The notes under the pieces: generated by a model
Databases searched by the model: none
What the model saw: the letters and a program-made list of their open reading frames with translations, nothing else
Told to the model about the DNA's origin: nothing
Shown: piece by piece, positions 27,890-38,874 of the stretch
Position numbering within the stretch: position 1 is the stretch's first letter
Layout of the letters: every line of letters starts with the position of its first letter
Translations under genes and position numbers: made by a program
IMG/VR virus record: IMGVR_UViG_3300020203_000013
Location: 1 to 64,000 of that record
Reading direction: 5' to 3' (one strand)
Length of the DNA: 64,000 bases
From: a virus

Positions 27890-28591
27890 TTATTTTACTC
27901 CAAAAACACTATAGCTAGGGCCACCGGCATGTGGTCCTGATATATCTAATGAAGAGTGGTCATGTAATATGAATCCACTTCCTCCACCTCCGGCCCCTAG
28001 ACTTTGTCCCGCGTTATTTATAGGATCTGCTATTTTAGTCCAAGGGTGTAATGATCCTGTAGTATTTTCATTGCCGATACCAAATTGAGTATGCTCTCTA
28101 AAATTAATTGTATGAGTTAAGTACCCCACTTCAGATGCACTATTAAATATATTATGCCTACTAGGGGGATCATCAAATCCTGGACTAGTTCTTTTATGTA
28201 CTGAGGTTATAAAGGCCATTGGCCCAAGACCAGCTAATTTTTGTCTTCTAGTTATACTTCTATTCTCTAACTTATGTAATATGTCTTCTGCTTGTATTTT
28301 TACTAACACACTCCCTGCACACCTTAAGGATGGTGATATGGATAGCCTTTTTACTACTCCCACCCATACAGACTGATCATAAAGAAAAACTGCTATTGGG
28401 GCCCCCGCTGGTGCGCTAAATTCTCCATTAAAGATAAAGGATACGGAGCATGAGCTTACTAGTTGACCTCTTGTCCTACTTACACTTATCGATTTTAAAT
28501 CTGGTGTCCCAACTCTTATATCCCCTATTCTTATCAACCCAGAAGCAGGTACAGTTGTTAAACCACAAACATTAAAAGACGTTGTTGCCAT
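27890..28591 (-). CDS. Baseplate hub-like tail-tip protein
   Basis: SISVSR.RG...SCSVSF, W.G.V...I.AED pattern; C-terminal HDH. Confidence 0.5.
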   Translation of the reverse strand: MATTSFNVCGLTTVPASGLIRIGDIRVGTPDLKSISVSRTRGQLVSSCSVSFIFNGEFSAPAGAPIAVFLYDQSVWVGVVKRLSISPSLRCAGSVLVKIQAEDILHKLENRSITRRQKLAGLGPMAFITSVHKRTSPGFDDPPSRHNIFNSASEVGYLTHTINFREHTQFGIGNENTTGSLHPWTKIADPINNAGQSLGAGGGGSGFILHDHSSLDISGPHAGGPSYSVFGVK

Positions 28592-28593
28592 AT

Positions 28594-30630
28594 TTAGTCT
28601 AACTCCACTGGTACGTTCATTAACTTTACTTCTACTTTGTCACCTGGGTAAATAGTCTGTAGATCCCCGTTAATTGCTTCATATCTTCCCAGACCTGCAA
28701 CGTCCACGATGAAAGTTCCAGATGAATTGTCTCCCGCAACCACCCAAGCGTCTCTAGAAAAAGATTCAGATCTTTTTACGTACTGAGAGTCTCCATAACT
28801 GCCTACAGGGTAATAGAGTGGGCCTGTGGTTATATTCGTAGAAATCGATTCACCATCGTTGTAGGAGAATTCTATAGTTTGAATAACTCCTTCAGGTATC
28901 CTCATTCCAGGCAAAAGTTTATATCCCCCTGCTCTATAAGTCAATGTAGTTGTTTTTCCATTATCGCCATTTATTAGCGTAGATATTTTAGAGGCTAATT
29001 TTACGACCCCAGCTTCCCCTAAATAGGGAGCAGCTATATCCATTACGGTTCCTTGAAGCTCTTCAATGGGTGACTCCACCTTAGTTGGTATGCCTTCAGT
29101 ATCAGGTGGAGCTACTGGATATACTACTATTGTTCCTTCGCTACTGGCCCATCCTGTTGGAGCTGGAGGATCTGCAACTACGATAGGATCGTAGGTTACT
29201 CCTCCAGTCAATCTAGAGGCAATAAATGCTGCATCTCCGTGTGGAGATTTAACTGCTATAGATGCCTGTGAGACGGTATAGGCCAGATCTAAACTCCCTA
29301 TTTCCGTACCATTATTACCGCCAATACCTTCTACAATGGTTCCTCTGTTTCTATTCGTGTCTGCTCTCCCGTTTAACGTGTTAAATATTTGTCCTGGTGC
29401 GGGCGAATCGTTAGTACCTATAGAGGAAGTAACATAATCTTTTATATTTGCAATTCCACCATCCTTCCTTCTAAAGTAATTAATACTCTGTGCATCCAAA
29501 TTAGAAGAAAAGTTGCTAAATGCTTTTTCTGCATTTAAACTAGAGGCTCCCCTTCTTAACTGTAAAGAGGCATTGTTTCCTCCGGCAGAAGACAGAAACC
29601 AATTAGTTCCTCTACTAATGGTTATTAGACCACATTGATGATCTAACAGGCAGTAAAAATCATTATCGGTGAATTTATAATTAGACGATGCTGTTTCAGC
29701 TCCAACCCCTGATATGTCATCCATTAAGTTTGCAACGGTAAATGTAGGGGGGTCGGTCTGTGGAACCCCTGATACTGAAGTTCCTTTTGTAACAAAAACT
29801 CCAGTAAAGGACTGCCTTAAATCGGAACCTTTGACTAAATCTAATACGGCCGCTCCCGTAGCATTTAATGCAGATACATCCACTATACCTCCACCATCTG
29901 GAAAACTAGCTCCCAGGTTTAAAGTATAGACGGTATTAAAATCAGAGCTAAATGGTATATTAATAGACCTAGGAGTCGATTGCGATAAACTGATTGAAGC
30001 ATAAGAAGGTACATCTGCGAATCTAACTTTATATCCCACTAGATTTTCCCATTGAGATCTTCTAACTGCTGCCTTTAACGAGGCTTGAATAGCGGGTGAC
30101 TGTAGGGAGCTGCCAAACCCAGCCCAAGCCTCTTGACCAAAGTCCTTCGAGGCAAAGGTATTCCCCGTTATACATGAAGGTGGGCTTGGGTATACAGCTC
30201 CTCCCCCCATCACATTTATCGCACCTTTAGTATATCTATAAGGTAATGGATCTTTTCCTTTTACCAGTACGTGATCTATTTTATTAACAAAATTTGAAGT
30301 TTCTACTTTTAATAGGCACTGCTTTAATCCTAAATCCTTTATGTCTTTTCCTGCTATTACTTTAATTGCAAATCCAGCGTAATCTGTATATATTTCTGGA
30401 AACCCTTCTTCAGTCCCATCTGCTAATAGAGACAGCTTAAGCATAGCTATACTTTCCTGTGATTTAATATCGTACCCAGGCAGAGAAGATCCTCCTACAC
30501 TCTCTCTAAATGGAATATCATTTCTTCTTAGTATCAATTCAGCTATGCTGGTAAGTGGTGCTAAAGATGACCCTACAAAGTCACCATATTTATTATTCAA
30601 AAATCCTGTAAAATCACTTCCTCTTGCCAT
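28594..30630 (-). CDS. Tail-tip / hub protein
   Basis: Immediately after tape measure; C-terminal OB-like PGDKVEV. Confidence 0.55.
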   Translation of the reverse strand: MARGSDFTGFLNNKYGDFVGSSLAPLTSIAELILRRNDIPFRESVGGSSLPGYDIKSQESIAMLKLSLLADGTEEGFPEIYTDYAGFAIKVIAGKDIKDLGLKQCLLKVETSNFVNKIDHVLVKGKDPLPYRYTKGAINVMGGGAVYPSPPSCITGNTFASKDFGQEAWAGFGSSLQSPAIQASLKAAVRRSQWENLVGYKVRFADVPSYASISLSQSTPRSINIPFSSDFNTVYTLNLGASFPDGGGIVDVSALNATGAAVLDLVKGSDLRQSFTGVFVTKGTSVSGVPQTDPPTFTVANLMDDISGVGAETASSNYKFTDNDFYCLLDHQCGLITISRGTNWFLSSAGGNNASLQLRRGASSLNAEKAFSNFSSNLDAQSINYFRRKDGGIANIKDYVTSSIGTNDSPAPGQIFNTLNGRADTNRNRGTIVEGIGGNNGTEIGSLDLAYTVSQASIAVKSPHGDAAFIASRLTGGVTYDPIVVADPPAPTGWASSEGTIVVYPVAPPDTEGIPTKVESPIEELQGTVMDIAAPYLGEAGVVKLASKISTLINGDNGKTTTLTYRAGGYKLLPGMRIPEGVIQTIEFSYNDGESISTNITTGPLYYPVGSYGDSQYVKRSESFSRDAWVVAGDNSSGTFIVDVAGLGRYEAINGDLQTIYPGDKVEVKLMNVPVELD

Positions 30631-33600
30631 TACCGTTGATTACCCCACGCTTGAGTTGCTAAACCGTAGGCTGAGTTAGCTATTGCTTTAACTTCATTCA
30701 TTGTTGATTCAATAGATGGTATTCTAGTTTGTGATTGAGTACTTCTAGAGTCTGCACTAGTTGCTAATTCATGGGCTTGATTTACTTTTGCAGATAGGTT
30801 ATTAAGGTCAGCGGAAATTATATCTAGCTTAGATTGTGCGTCATTTTGATTTCCACTTTCTATGCTGGACTTTAACTCTTCATACTTTGCTTGTACGTCC
30901 AGTAGACCCTGATCTAAACTACTTTGAATGTCTTCTAGTTTTTTATCATTGGCCGCCTCTAATTCACTTACTCTGCTTGTAAGCATAGTCATTAAGGTTT
31001 GTTGGTCTACCGTATCGCCTCCAACCGATTTTGATTGACTAGACATTGCGCTTACTAGTGTTGAGAACGCTGATGAAAGACCCGCCACACCTTCTGACAG
31101 TGCCGATGAAATACTACTTCCTACGATTGCTGCTCCAGTTGCAAAGTCCGCTAAGAAGGAGGTGTCTACTTTTATTGGAGCTACTGATTCTTTGGCTGAA
31201 GATACTGATTCCTTTATATCTTGTTTTGTATTGGTACTGTTGCCCGTACTAACTCCTTCTTTAGATATTAAGGTATCTCCTTTCATTACACGAGAGAATA
31301 GGCTAGTATCTGGGTTTTTAGTTATTGTAGTTTCTGGATTCTTAAATACGGACGACTCTTGAGAAGTAGGTAAAGCTTGTGAGAACATTTTGTCTTTATA
31401 AAACTCCTTATCTATTCCAGTCCTTGCTCTTTTTTCATCAGCAGCCGAAGCACTATAAGTATTAGTGAAATCGTCCCTGATTATCCCATTTCCCATGCTG
31501 GTTATTGATCCAGCTAAATTATCATTACTAATGACTCCTGTCAGATCATTTCTAGTTCTCCCATTTCCTAAGCTAGTTATTGAGTTATCTATATTGGGAG
31601 TAATAATCTCTTTGCGTGTATCTGAATTGTAGAGTTTTCCATTAGCACTTATAATAGACTCTGGTTGAGTAGGGAGAGTAGGTTGAGTAGTTCTTGACTC
31701 TCTCTTAGCCTTTTCTATTCTTAGTGTTTGCTCTTGCGTTGCTGATGATTTAGATAAAGATTCAGCAGAGGATAAGTCTGTTATTATAGGACTACCACTG
31801 ACCCCTGAGAGAGGGAGAATGGATCTTGTACCTCGTCCTGGAGAAGGACTCAGCAGTCCTCGAACGGCTTCGGTTGCTGACTGTCCTTGATTTCTTGCAT
31901 CAACTGTTTGAGCCTTTAGTGCGTCTATAGGTGGCGTTGTACCGGCTTGTGAGAGTAGGGGAGTTACTTTACTTAGATCAGAGACACCAGCAGTTTTACC
32001 TCCCGTATTTGCTGCTATCTGTGCTAGGTATGTATTACTTTGACCAACTGCTTGCACTACTGATTGCTGTGCGTCAGTTGCTTTAGCGGCTTCGGGAGAT
32101 ATTGCTCCTGACTGTAACAACTGCTTCTTCTGATCTTCAGTTGAGTTTTTAAATATATTACTTTGAACATCTTGAGGTAATAAGGAGTTAATTCTATTTC
32201 CTAGGTTTTTTAGTATGTCGAAGGGCTGAAGATTAACTCCACCTCTAGGATTAGTAAATGCTTTTTCTGGCTCTTTGGATAGTCCAATTAATTGATCTTG
32301 TATTCCTTTTAATCCGCTTTTAGCTTTGGGTGTAAGTTCTTTATTTGCTAAAACTTCATCAATTGACCCAATAAATTGAGTAGCGACTTGTTGACGTTCT
32401 TGAAGGACCTGCCTTTGTCTGCCCAGCTCTTGTGCTTTCCTAGCATCCTTCTCTTTTCTATCTACCTGAATTCGTGCATCAGTGGCTTCATCTCTTGTCA
32501 GAGGGGTAAATAAATTCGAAGACTGTCCATTAGAATCTGTAATTTTATCTCCTCTAGACCTTCTGTTTATTATGTCTCTTTCTATTTCAAACTGATTCTT
32601 GTTAGAGAAGTTAATAGCGGTTTTTCTACCAGAACCTCCGGCACCTTGAGACTGAGTAAATAACTCTGGTCCACCTCCTGGACCTACAACTCCAAGAGGT
32701 CCTTGCCCAAGTGCTCTATTTAAATTATCAAATCCTTTAAATTTCTCTATTAAGGTTAGAGACCTGGCAGCACCTTCGGCTGCTGTTCTGAGTTGCATTA
32801 AAGTATTAGCAGTTACTAAGTCAGTTTCCGCACCCTTATTAAAGCTTTTAAGCGGAGAAGCTGATGAAGTTAATCTCTCTCTTAAAGAGTTAAAAGCTTG
32901 CTGTACTACTGCTGTTAAGTTTCCTACCACTTGATCTCTATTCTGTGAAGTACCCTCGGGGTCGAGCTGAATTAAACTACCTAATGTAGTTTTTAGGTCA
33001 TCAGGGTTAGCTCCAGTAGTAGAGGATAAAATCTTTGAAAATTCTTCGGCGTTTATGGGAGCTAGGGCTTCAGTTCTAGAGGAATTTAAAAACCCTAACA
33101 ATTTTTCTTGTTGGGTGTCTACCTGGTTAGCTTGTTCCCCTAAAGAGCTTAGCCTGAACTGAGACTCCTGTAATCCTTTTGAAGTATTAGGTAGTGCCAA
33201 TTTAGATAAGTCTAATGAACTTAGTTCATCTCTTTGTGCCGGTAAACTAAATTGTGGAATCGCTGCTCCAAACTCTTTTGCTAATCTTCCTGTTTGAACT
33301 GGAGAAAACTCTTTTGCGTTTTTTTGTTCAATCTTAAAATTAGATAACTTCTCTACTGAAGCATCAAAGGACTTAAATACTCTACCTAAAGATTCTACAG
33401 CTTTTCCTAACACAGCTCCGCTTTCTATTTGAAGTTTTGCTTCATTAATCTGACCAACAGTAGAAGTAGTTTTTAGTCCTTGTTCATCAGTCTTAGTACC
33501 CGCATTTATGTCGTTTTGAGTTATCTGTAATCTAGAAAATATATCTTGTAGGTTAGTGTTAAATGTTCCCTGTCCAGATTGATCAAATCCTGAAAAAGTC

Positions 33601-36600
33601 CCTGCGGTTAGATCTGAAAAATCTTGTAAGTTATTAGGTCCAGAAGAGAAGGATTGAAAGTCTGAGGAAAGAGTTTTTCCTGCCCCAAACCCAGCACTAG
33701 TTAATCTAGGATCAAAGTCTATTAAGGATTGTTTTGATGTAGGGGGTTTAAATAGGTTAAAGTTTGTTGCTGTTCGAAGTAGGGTACTTAAAGACTGTGT
33801 AGCTGATTCAGTTACTGTCGTAGTCCCAGAATTCCTTATTTCTGAACCTTGAGTTAGCGACTTAACAAATTTCTTTCCTGACTCTTCAAATACTTTACCT
33901 ACTCCTTGTTTTCCTTGGTCATCTGTAAAGTTTACTACATCTCCTGGTTTTGCCAGTGTCCGTATGAGGTTAATAGACTCGGCTTTTGTTAATGCGTTGG
34001 CGTAATCACTAGAGGTGCTTGTGCCTCTATTTAAGCTGGTTTTTGCGAGATCTGGATTGTCTGTTTGATCAGAAAGACTTTTAAATAAGTTTTCTTTTAT
34101 CAGTCTTACTACATCATTTGGTCCTTCTTTTGCTTTTTGCATCTCCCTGTAAACGCCGAGCCCCCCGCCCCCTAGCTCTCCAAAAAGGCTTCCGGTAGTA
34201 GGGATTTCAACTGCATTGGCACCTTTGCTTTTTACTAAAAGAGATTTAAGTGCATCCGAAGATGCAGAAGGTAATTTCTTAACAACGTCAGTTAGTAGGG
34301 CTTCTCCACCTGGTTGATTTAGAACTTCAAGAGCTTTATTACTATCTCCAGATAAAAAATCGTTAATAATTTTACTTTGATTATTTTGTAATTCTCTAGA
34401 CTGTGCCTCACCCAGTTTTTCGTTTCCTGATCTTCCTGTTAATAACATTGCTAAGTCTGATTGTGGGGTGTTTGTTTCTTGTGCAAGTCTTTCTGGTAAT
34501 GAATCTAATCCTGCCGCCAAGTCGGTAGCCACCTTTTCTCTAGTCTCTTGCTTCTTCATAGCTTTATTTAAATTTTTGGAAGCGGATTCACTATCCTGAG
34601 TATCAGCTAAGGTTCCTGTGTCATCTGCGAAGAGTATCTTATTATCTCTAGTAATAATGCCCCCAACTTTTTTAACCTCTTTCTCGTTAGATATTAGTAA
34701 AGACCTTTGTGATTTTTGAAGTTCTAAAATTCTTTTTTCTGCCTCGGGCGCTGTTACCTCTAAACTACCCTCAGAGACCGCCGTTAGTTGGCTAGAAAGG
34801 GGTCCTACAGATCTAGCTTGATTAGCAAATCCCCTGTTATTTTTAATATTTTCTTGAATAGCTTCTAATTTAGATACAGACTCTAAAGTTTCTTTAGCAT
34901 TTGAGTTTTGGTCTGTAACTCCAGTCCTATCTAAACGATCTTTTGAGCTTTCAAATTGTCTTCTAATTGCTTGTTCCAGAGCGGCTGCGATTGCTGTACT
35001 AATAACAAATCCTATAGGAGTTGCTAGTGCCCCTAAACCCATTCCAAGTCCTCTGATTCCGGCTCCTACCATTCCTATTGCTCCAGATTTTAGAGCTTGA
35101 CTGCCCATTACACCAGCAGCGGTTGGGGCTGCTGTGGCGACTTTTGGTATAAAACCAGATAGAGCCCCTCCCAAGCTTTTTACGGCAGTGGTTACTGAAG
35201 CTCCTGTTAGAAGTCCTACTGCGGTTTTTCCTAGTCCATTAGATACTATTGACGATAGAATTCCTTTAGATAGTGCTGCTCCTATAGCAGCTCCCCCTAG
35301 AGTTGATACTAAATTTCCCCCACCTAGCGTTCCCCCTACTACTCCACCCGCTGTTGATGCTACGACTGCCGCCAATATTCCGGCGGGCTTACTGAATTTA
35401 GTTATTAAAGTAGCTAGGGGTCCTAAGGCAGAACTAGCCGTTGCCATGCCTGTAGCACCTCTAACTGCTCCAAGTCCAGCGCCTACTGCTGTGGCTCCTG
35501 TTGCGACCCCCGCTGCGGTTGCGACTCCTGAGCCTAGTAGTTTTTTTCCTACAAATCCAGCAGTCCCTATTGCCGCTCCAGCAGATACAATGGAACCTAA
35601 AGATCCACTCTGTCCGCCACCTAGGATAGATATCTTTGACATACTCTCTAAAACATGAAGTGACTTTTCTAAAATTTTTAGAAGAGTCATTGCAGGTTGA
35701 ACTAGATTTCCACCACTAGATAAGGCAAAACCTTCAAAGGCAGCTCCTGTTTTTTCAAACTGTTTTTGCAGAGATTGCATTACTATTTGGTTTCTTTTAA
35801 ATGACTCTCCACCTGCCCCCTTTCCAATGTTAATAATCTGTTCTCCTTCTCCTTGAGAAAGGCCAGTTAAAAGCGCAGTAGTTCTAGAGCTAAACCTGGT
35901 GTCTCCAATTTCTCCAGATATTTTAGCTTGTTTTCTTCTAGAAAGCGATGGAAAGGATTTTGAAATATCTCGTAACACGGAGTAAGGATCTCTAAGATCC
36001 CCTGTTTCATCTGTAAATTTTAAATCTGGTAAGATCTCCTTTAGAGACTTCTGAGTAGTGGAAGATTGCAGGTTTTTAATTACAAACCTTAGTGCTGTCC
36101 CAATTTCTCCAGACTCTGATCTAGTCCTTTCTTTTATGATAGTAGTTAAAGCGTTTAACTCGTCAACTCCTATACCAGCAGACTGAGCTTGCGGTCCTAC
36201 TCTCTTAAATACGTCTGCTAAGTCTCCCTCCGAAACTGCTCTTGCACCTTCAACAGCTAAAAACTTATCTACTAGTTTAAGTCCGTCTGCTCCAACCTCA
36301 GCTTTACCAAAGGTTTTAATACCTGCGGTTATTAATTCTGACAGTCCTTCCGTCCCGAAACTAGATACATTAGATGCTAAAGCTACAGCCTTACCATACT
36401 TAATTACCTCATTGGTAGGTAAACCTTGTTGGGCGAAAACTTTAAATCCTTTTAATACTCCGGTAGTAGACTTACCAAACTCTTGGGCCGTAGATACGGC
36501 AGCAGACTTTAAGTTATTTAAATTCTTTTGAGAAGTATTTAATACCTTATTCATCTGTTGCATTTCGTTTTGAACTTCTGTAACAGTATTTACACCTTTT

Positions 36601-37067
36601 GAAAATCCACTAAATAGAGTATTTACTGCTGTGGCTGCTATTCTGTATTCAGCTACTGAAGCTAATCTACCTGCAAAATCTTGACGATCTCCTCTAGCAT
36701 TAGACCCAAAGGTGCCTGCGGGAGGACCAGACTTACCTCCGCCTGGCGGTGATGAAGCTGGTGGTTGGTTGCCTGACCCTCCGCCTGGAGGTTGATTATT
36801 ATTATTATTATTATTATTTTTCCGAGTATTCTTACCCATTGATGCGATCTCTGACTTTAGACTTAACATCGCATCAGCGAGTCTATCACTAATCGTGTTT
36901 GCTTGAGTTGAGGATGAGGCAGTTCCAGGCCCTTTGGAGGCAGGTCCTGTCCCCGTAGATTTACCGACTTGTGCTTCTAGATTAGAAAGAAAGGCACTAA
37001 CGTCAGAGGCAGCCTGAGTAGTATCAATTTGTATTAATATAGGAATTTTTATACCAGTAAACGCCAT
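30630..37067 (-). CDS. Tail tape measure protein (TP901-type core)
   Basis: 2145 aa, helical A/G/S-rich; A...A.EFG.S...V..G...F.QQG core; follows tail chaperones. Confidence 0.9.
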   Translation of the reverse strand: MAFTGIKIPILIQIDTTQAASDVSAFLSNLEAQVGKSTGTGPASKGPGTASSSTQANTISDRLADAMLSLKSEIASMGKNTRKNNNNNNNNQPPGGGSGNQPPASSPPGGGKSGPPAGTFGSNARGDRQDFAGRLASVAEYRIAATAVNTLFSGFSKGVNTVTEVQNEMQQMNKVLNTSQKNLNNLKSAAVSTAQEFGKSTTGVLKGFKVFAQQGLPTNEVIKYGKAVALASNVSSFGTEGLSELITAGIKTFGKAEVGADGLKLVDKFLAVEGARAVSEGDLADVFKRVGPQAQSAGIGVDELNALTTIIKERTRSESGEIGTALRFVIKNLQSSTTQKSLKEILPDLKFTDETGDLRDPYSVLRDISKSFPSLSRRKQAKISGEIGDTRFSSRTTALLTGLSQGEGEQIINIGKGAGGESFKRNQIVMQSLQKQFEKTGAAFEGFALSSGGNLVQPAMTLLKILEKSLHVLESMSKISILGGGQSGSLGSIVSAGAAIGTAGFVGKKLLGSGVATAAGVATGATAVGAGLGAVRGATGMATASSALGPLATLITKFSKPAGILAAVVASTAGGVVGGTLGGGNLVSTLGGAAIGAALSKGILSSIVSNGLGKTAVGLLTGASVTTAVKSLGGALSGFIPKVATAAPTAAGVMGSQALKSGAIGMVGAGIRGLGMGLGALATPIGFVISTAIAAALEQAIRRQFESSKDRLDRTGVTDQNSNAKETLESVSKLEAIQENIKNNRGFANQARSVGPLSSQLTAVSEGSLEVTAPEAEKRILELQKSQRSLLISNEKEVKKVGGIITRDNKILFADDTGTLADTQDSESASKNLNKAMKKQETREKVATDLAAGLDSLPERLAQETNTPQSDLAMLLTGRSGNEKLGEAQSRELQNNQSKIINDFLSGDSNKALEVLNQPGGEALLTDVVKKLPSASSDALKSLLVKSKGANAVEIPTTGSLFGELGGGGLGVYREMQKAKEGPNDVVRLIKENLFKSLSDQTDNPDLAKTSLNRGTSTSSDYANALTKAESINLIRTLAKPGDVVNFTDDQGKQGVGKVFEESGKKFVKSLTQGSEIRNSGTTTVTESATQSLSTLLRTATNFNLFKPPTSKQSLIDFDPRLTSAGFGAGKTLSSDFQSFSSGPNNLQDFSDLTAGTFSGFDQSGQGTFNTNLQDIFSRLQITQNDINAGTKTDEQGLKTTSTVGQINEAKLQIESGAVLGKAVESLGRVFKSFDASVEKLSNFKIEQKNAKEFSPVQTGRLAKEFGAAIPQFSLPAQRDELSSLDLSKLALPNTSKGLQESQFRLSSLGEQANQVDTQQEKLLGFLNSSRTEALAPINAEEFSKILSSTTGANPDDLKTTLGSLIQLDPEGTSQNRDQVVGNLTAVVQQAFNSLRERLTSSASPLKSFNKGAETDLVTANTLMQLRTAAEGAARSLTLIEKFKGFDNLNRALGQGPLGVVGPGGGPELFTQSQGAGGSGRKTAINFSNKNQFEIERDIINRRSRGDKITDSNGQSSNLFTPLTRDEATDARIQVDRKEKDARKAQELGRQRQVLQERQQVATQFIGSIDEVLANKELTPKAKSGLKGIQDQLIGLSKEPEKAFTNPRGGVNLQPFDILKNLGNRINSLLPQDVQSNIFKNSTEDQKKQLLQSGAISPEAAKATDAQQSVVQAVGQSNTYLAQIAANTGGKTAGVSDLSKVTPLLSQAGTTPPIDALKAQTVDARNQGQSATEAVRGLLSPSPGRGTRSILPLSGVSGSPIITDLSSAESLSKSSATQEQTLRIEKAKRESRTTQPTLPTQPESIISANGKLYNSDTRKEIITPNIDNSITSLGNGRTRNDLTGVISNDNLAGSITSMGNGIIRDDFTNTYSASAADEKRARTGIDKEFYKDKMFSQALPTSQESSVFKNPETTITKNPDTSLFSRVMKGDTLISKEGVSTGNSTNTKQDIKESVSSAKESVAPIKVDTSFLADFATGAAIVGSSISSALSEGVAGLSSAFSTLVSAMSSQSKSVGGDTVDQQTLMTMLTSRVSELEAANDKKLEDIQSSLDQGLLDVQAKYEELKSSIESGNQNDAQSKLDIISADLNNLSAKVNQAHELATSADSRSTQSQTRIPSIESTMNEVKAIANSAYGLATQAWGNQR
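36794..36817. repeat. (ATT)n microsatellite encoding poly-Asn in the tape measure N-terminus
   Basis: attattattattattattatt. Confidence 0.8.
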
Positions 37068-38131
37068 TACTTACTATTAACCTTTGCTAACTTTCTTTTG
37101 GCCTCTTTAATTTGTTCGCCTTCGTTAATTCCTGTGGTTTCATTTCCCCCACTCATCTCTTTTGGATCGCTATACATACCTTGTTTATGGAAGCTAACAA
37201 AATTTCCTGACTCAGGGGTTACTACTGAGTGGTTATGTTGTAAAGCCTTACTGTCCTTAGTTTTAGATTTTTGTCTTTCTAGTTCAATTTCAGCTTTTGT
37301 CTTCCTATTGTACTCCTCAAGGTAATTATCCAGAGCATCGTCATCTTCCAATATATCTTCGCTGGGGCGATCCCTAGGCGATAGTTGATATATATCGTAA
37401 TAGTAATTAGACCAGGATAGTAATCTTAACTGGTCAGATGATAAGTCTTCAGTTTTGCTACTAAAAAGGTCTAGATTAGCTCTCTCACTATTTATATAGT
37501 AATTTCTCCATATAGGGTGTCGAGCAATTTTTCTTAGTACTTTATTGTCAAAACCAAAGTAAAACCTTAAATACTCATTAAGTAGCTCTTCGGCTAAGGG
37601 TAAAGACTGTATATTAGTTAGAAGATCTTTTCTATTCTTCCAAATAATCTGTCCATCCAAGGTTAAACACCTTTTAGATACCATTTCATAATACTTATCT
37701 TCTCTGGCTTGATACTCTGCTGTAATAGACTTTACTATTGATTTTTTTGACACTATAAGGTCTCTTTCCAGGCTCACGTCAGATAGTTTTTTACAATCTT
37801 CCAAGTACTGAATAGACCCCTTGATTCTTTTCTTCATCAAGAATTTGTAAGCTTTTATTTTTGACTCTACTTGTTCTAGTTGGTCTTGATCTTCTGTAGA
37901 AAAAAACTCCGCTCTTATATCTTCAGTTAAATCTTCTTCTGAAGTAAACCCTTCTTTTTTATAAACTAATGCTAGTTGTTTTTCTAGACAATCTAGTTGT
38001 AGTCTTTCTAACGCTATTGGGTATTTAAATAGGTAGTAAGTTTGATTCGTGTCTAGAAAAAATACCCTCTGAGCTGAGAGTATTTCTAATATATAGGTGT
38101 TGACTGCGTTATCATCTAACGTCTCTAACAT
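37067..38131 (-). CDS. Tail assembly chaperone (long paralog)
   Basis: Directly upstream of tape measure; shares TAE..A.EDK and G..IWK motifs with 38144-38872. Confidence 0.6.
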   Translation of the reverse strand: MLETLDDNAVNTYILEILSAQRVFFLDTNQTYYLFKYPIALERLQLDCLEKQLALVYKKEGFTSEEDLTEDIRAEFFSTEDQDQLEQVESKIKAYKFLMKKRIKGSIQYLEDCKKLSDVSLERDLIVSKKSIVKSITAEYQAREDKYYEMVSKRCLTLDGQIIWKNRKDLLTNIQSLPLAEELLNEYLRFYFGFDNKVLRKIARHPIWRNYYINSERANLDLFSSKTEDLSSDQLRLLSWSNYYYDIYQLSPRDRPSEDILEDDDALDNYLEEYNRKTKAEIELERQKSKTKDSKALQHNHSVVTPESGNFVSFHKQGMYSDPKEMSGGNETTGINEGEQIKEAKRKLAKVNSK

Positions 38132-38143
38132 TTTTAAAAGAAA

Positions 38144-38872
38144 CTACTTGCTACCGGCTTTCTTTGGCTTGGGCTTTTTAGCCCTGGTAACATCCTTTTT
38201 AGTTTTCTTTACCTCTTTAACTATCGGAAGTGTTGACTTATCCCTCTCAAGCCTTAGGTTTTGGGCTTTTATTATAAGAGCCTCAGATGCGGGATCAACT
38301 GGTGTTGCATCTGGAGATAGTCCGTAAGTCCAACAAATAACTTGATACTTACACAGCTCTAGCAGTTCAAAGTTATTATCATTTAAAAAATCTTCTGTGG
38401 ACTTCCAAAGTTTATTACCAAATTCATCTACTATAAGCTCTGAAGTTAAAAAATTAATCTTATCTTCTTCGGCTATTTGGTCTGCTGTATTAGCAAATAC
38501 GTTATTCATAGATAAATCTTCTTGAATAACTCTTTGTTTATAAATAGTTAATAAGTTGGCATAGGTTTCTAGCTCTTCTGGGCTGTTAGTTAGTTCGGAT
38601 TGATCTTTAGCTAGATTATATTGATTAAGTAACTCGGTTCGTTTAATAATATAATCTTCAATTACATTTATTTCACCAGACTTAAGTACTAGTTCTAACT
38701 TCTTCTTAGTATATATTCCACGTTTAATAGCTTCAGTGAAGCTTTTAGTATTTTCCATTTTTGCTTCCCTAATTACTTTAGGGGAGGGCTTAACCATCTT
38801 TAAAACTTTATCATTGAATTTGAATTCAAATACTACATTTAAAACTGATGTTGACTGTGTTGTGTTTTCCAT
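38144..38872 (-). CDS. Tail assembly chaperone (short paralog)
   Basis: Position; TADQIAEEDK, GNKLWK. Confidence 0.6.
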   Translation of the reverse strand: MENTTQSTSVLNVVFEFKFNDKVLKMVKPSPKVIREAKMENTKSFTEAIKRGIYTKKKLELVLKSGEINVIEDYIIKRTELLNQYNLAKDQSELTNSPEELETYANLLTIYKQRVIQEDLSMNNVFANTADQIAEEDKINFLTSELIVDEFGNKLWKSTEDFLNDNNFELLELCKYQVICWTYGLSPDATPVDPASEALIIKAQNLRLERDKSTLPIVKEVKKTKKDVTRAKKPKPKKAGSK

Positions 38873-38874
38873 AA

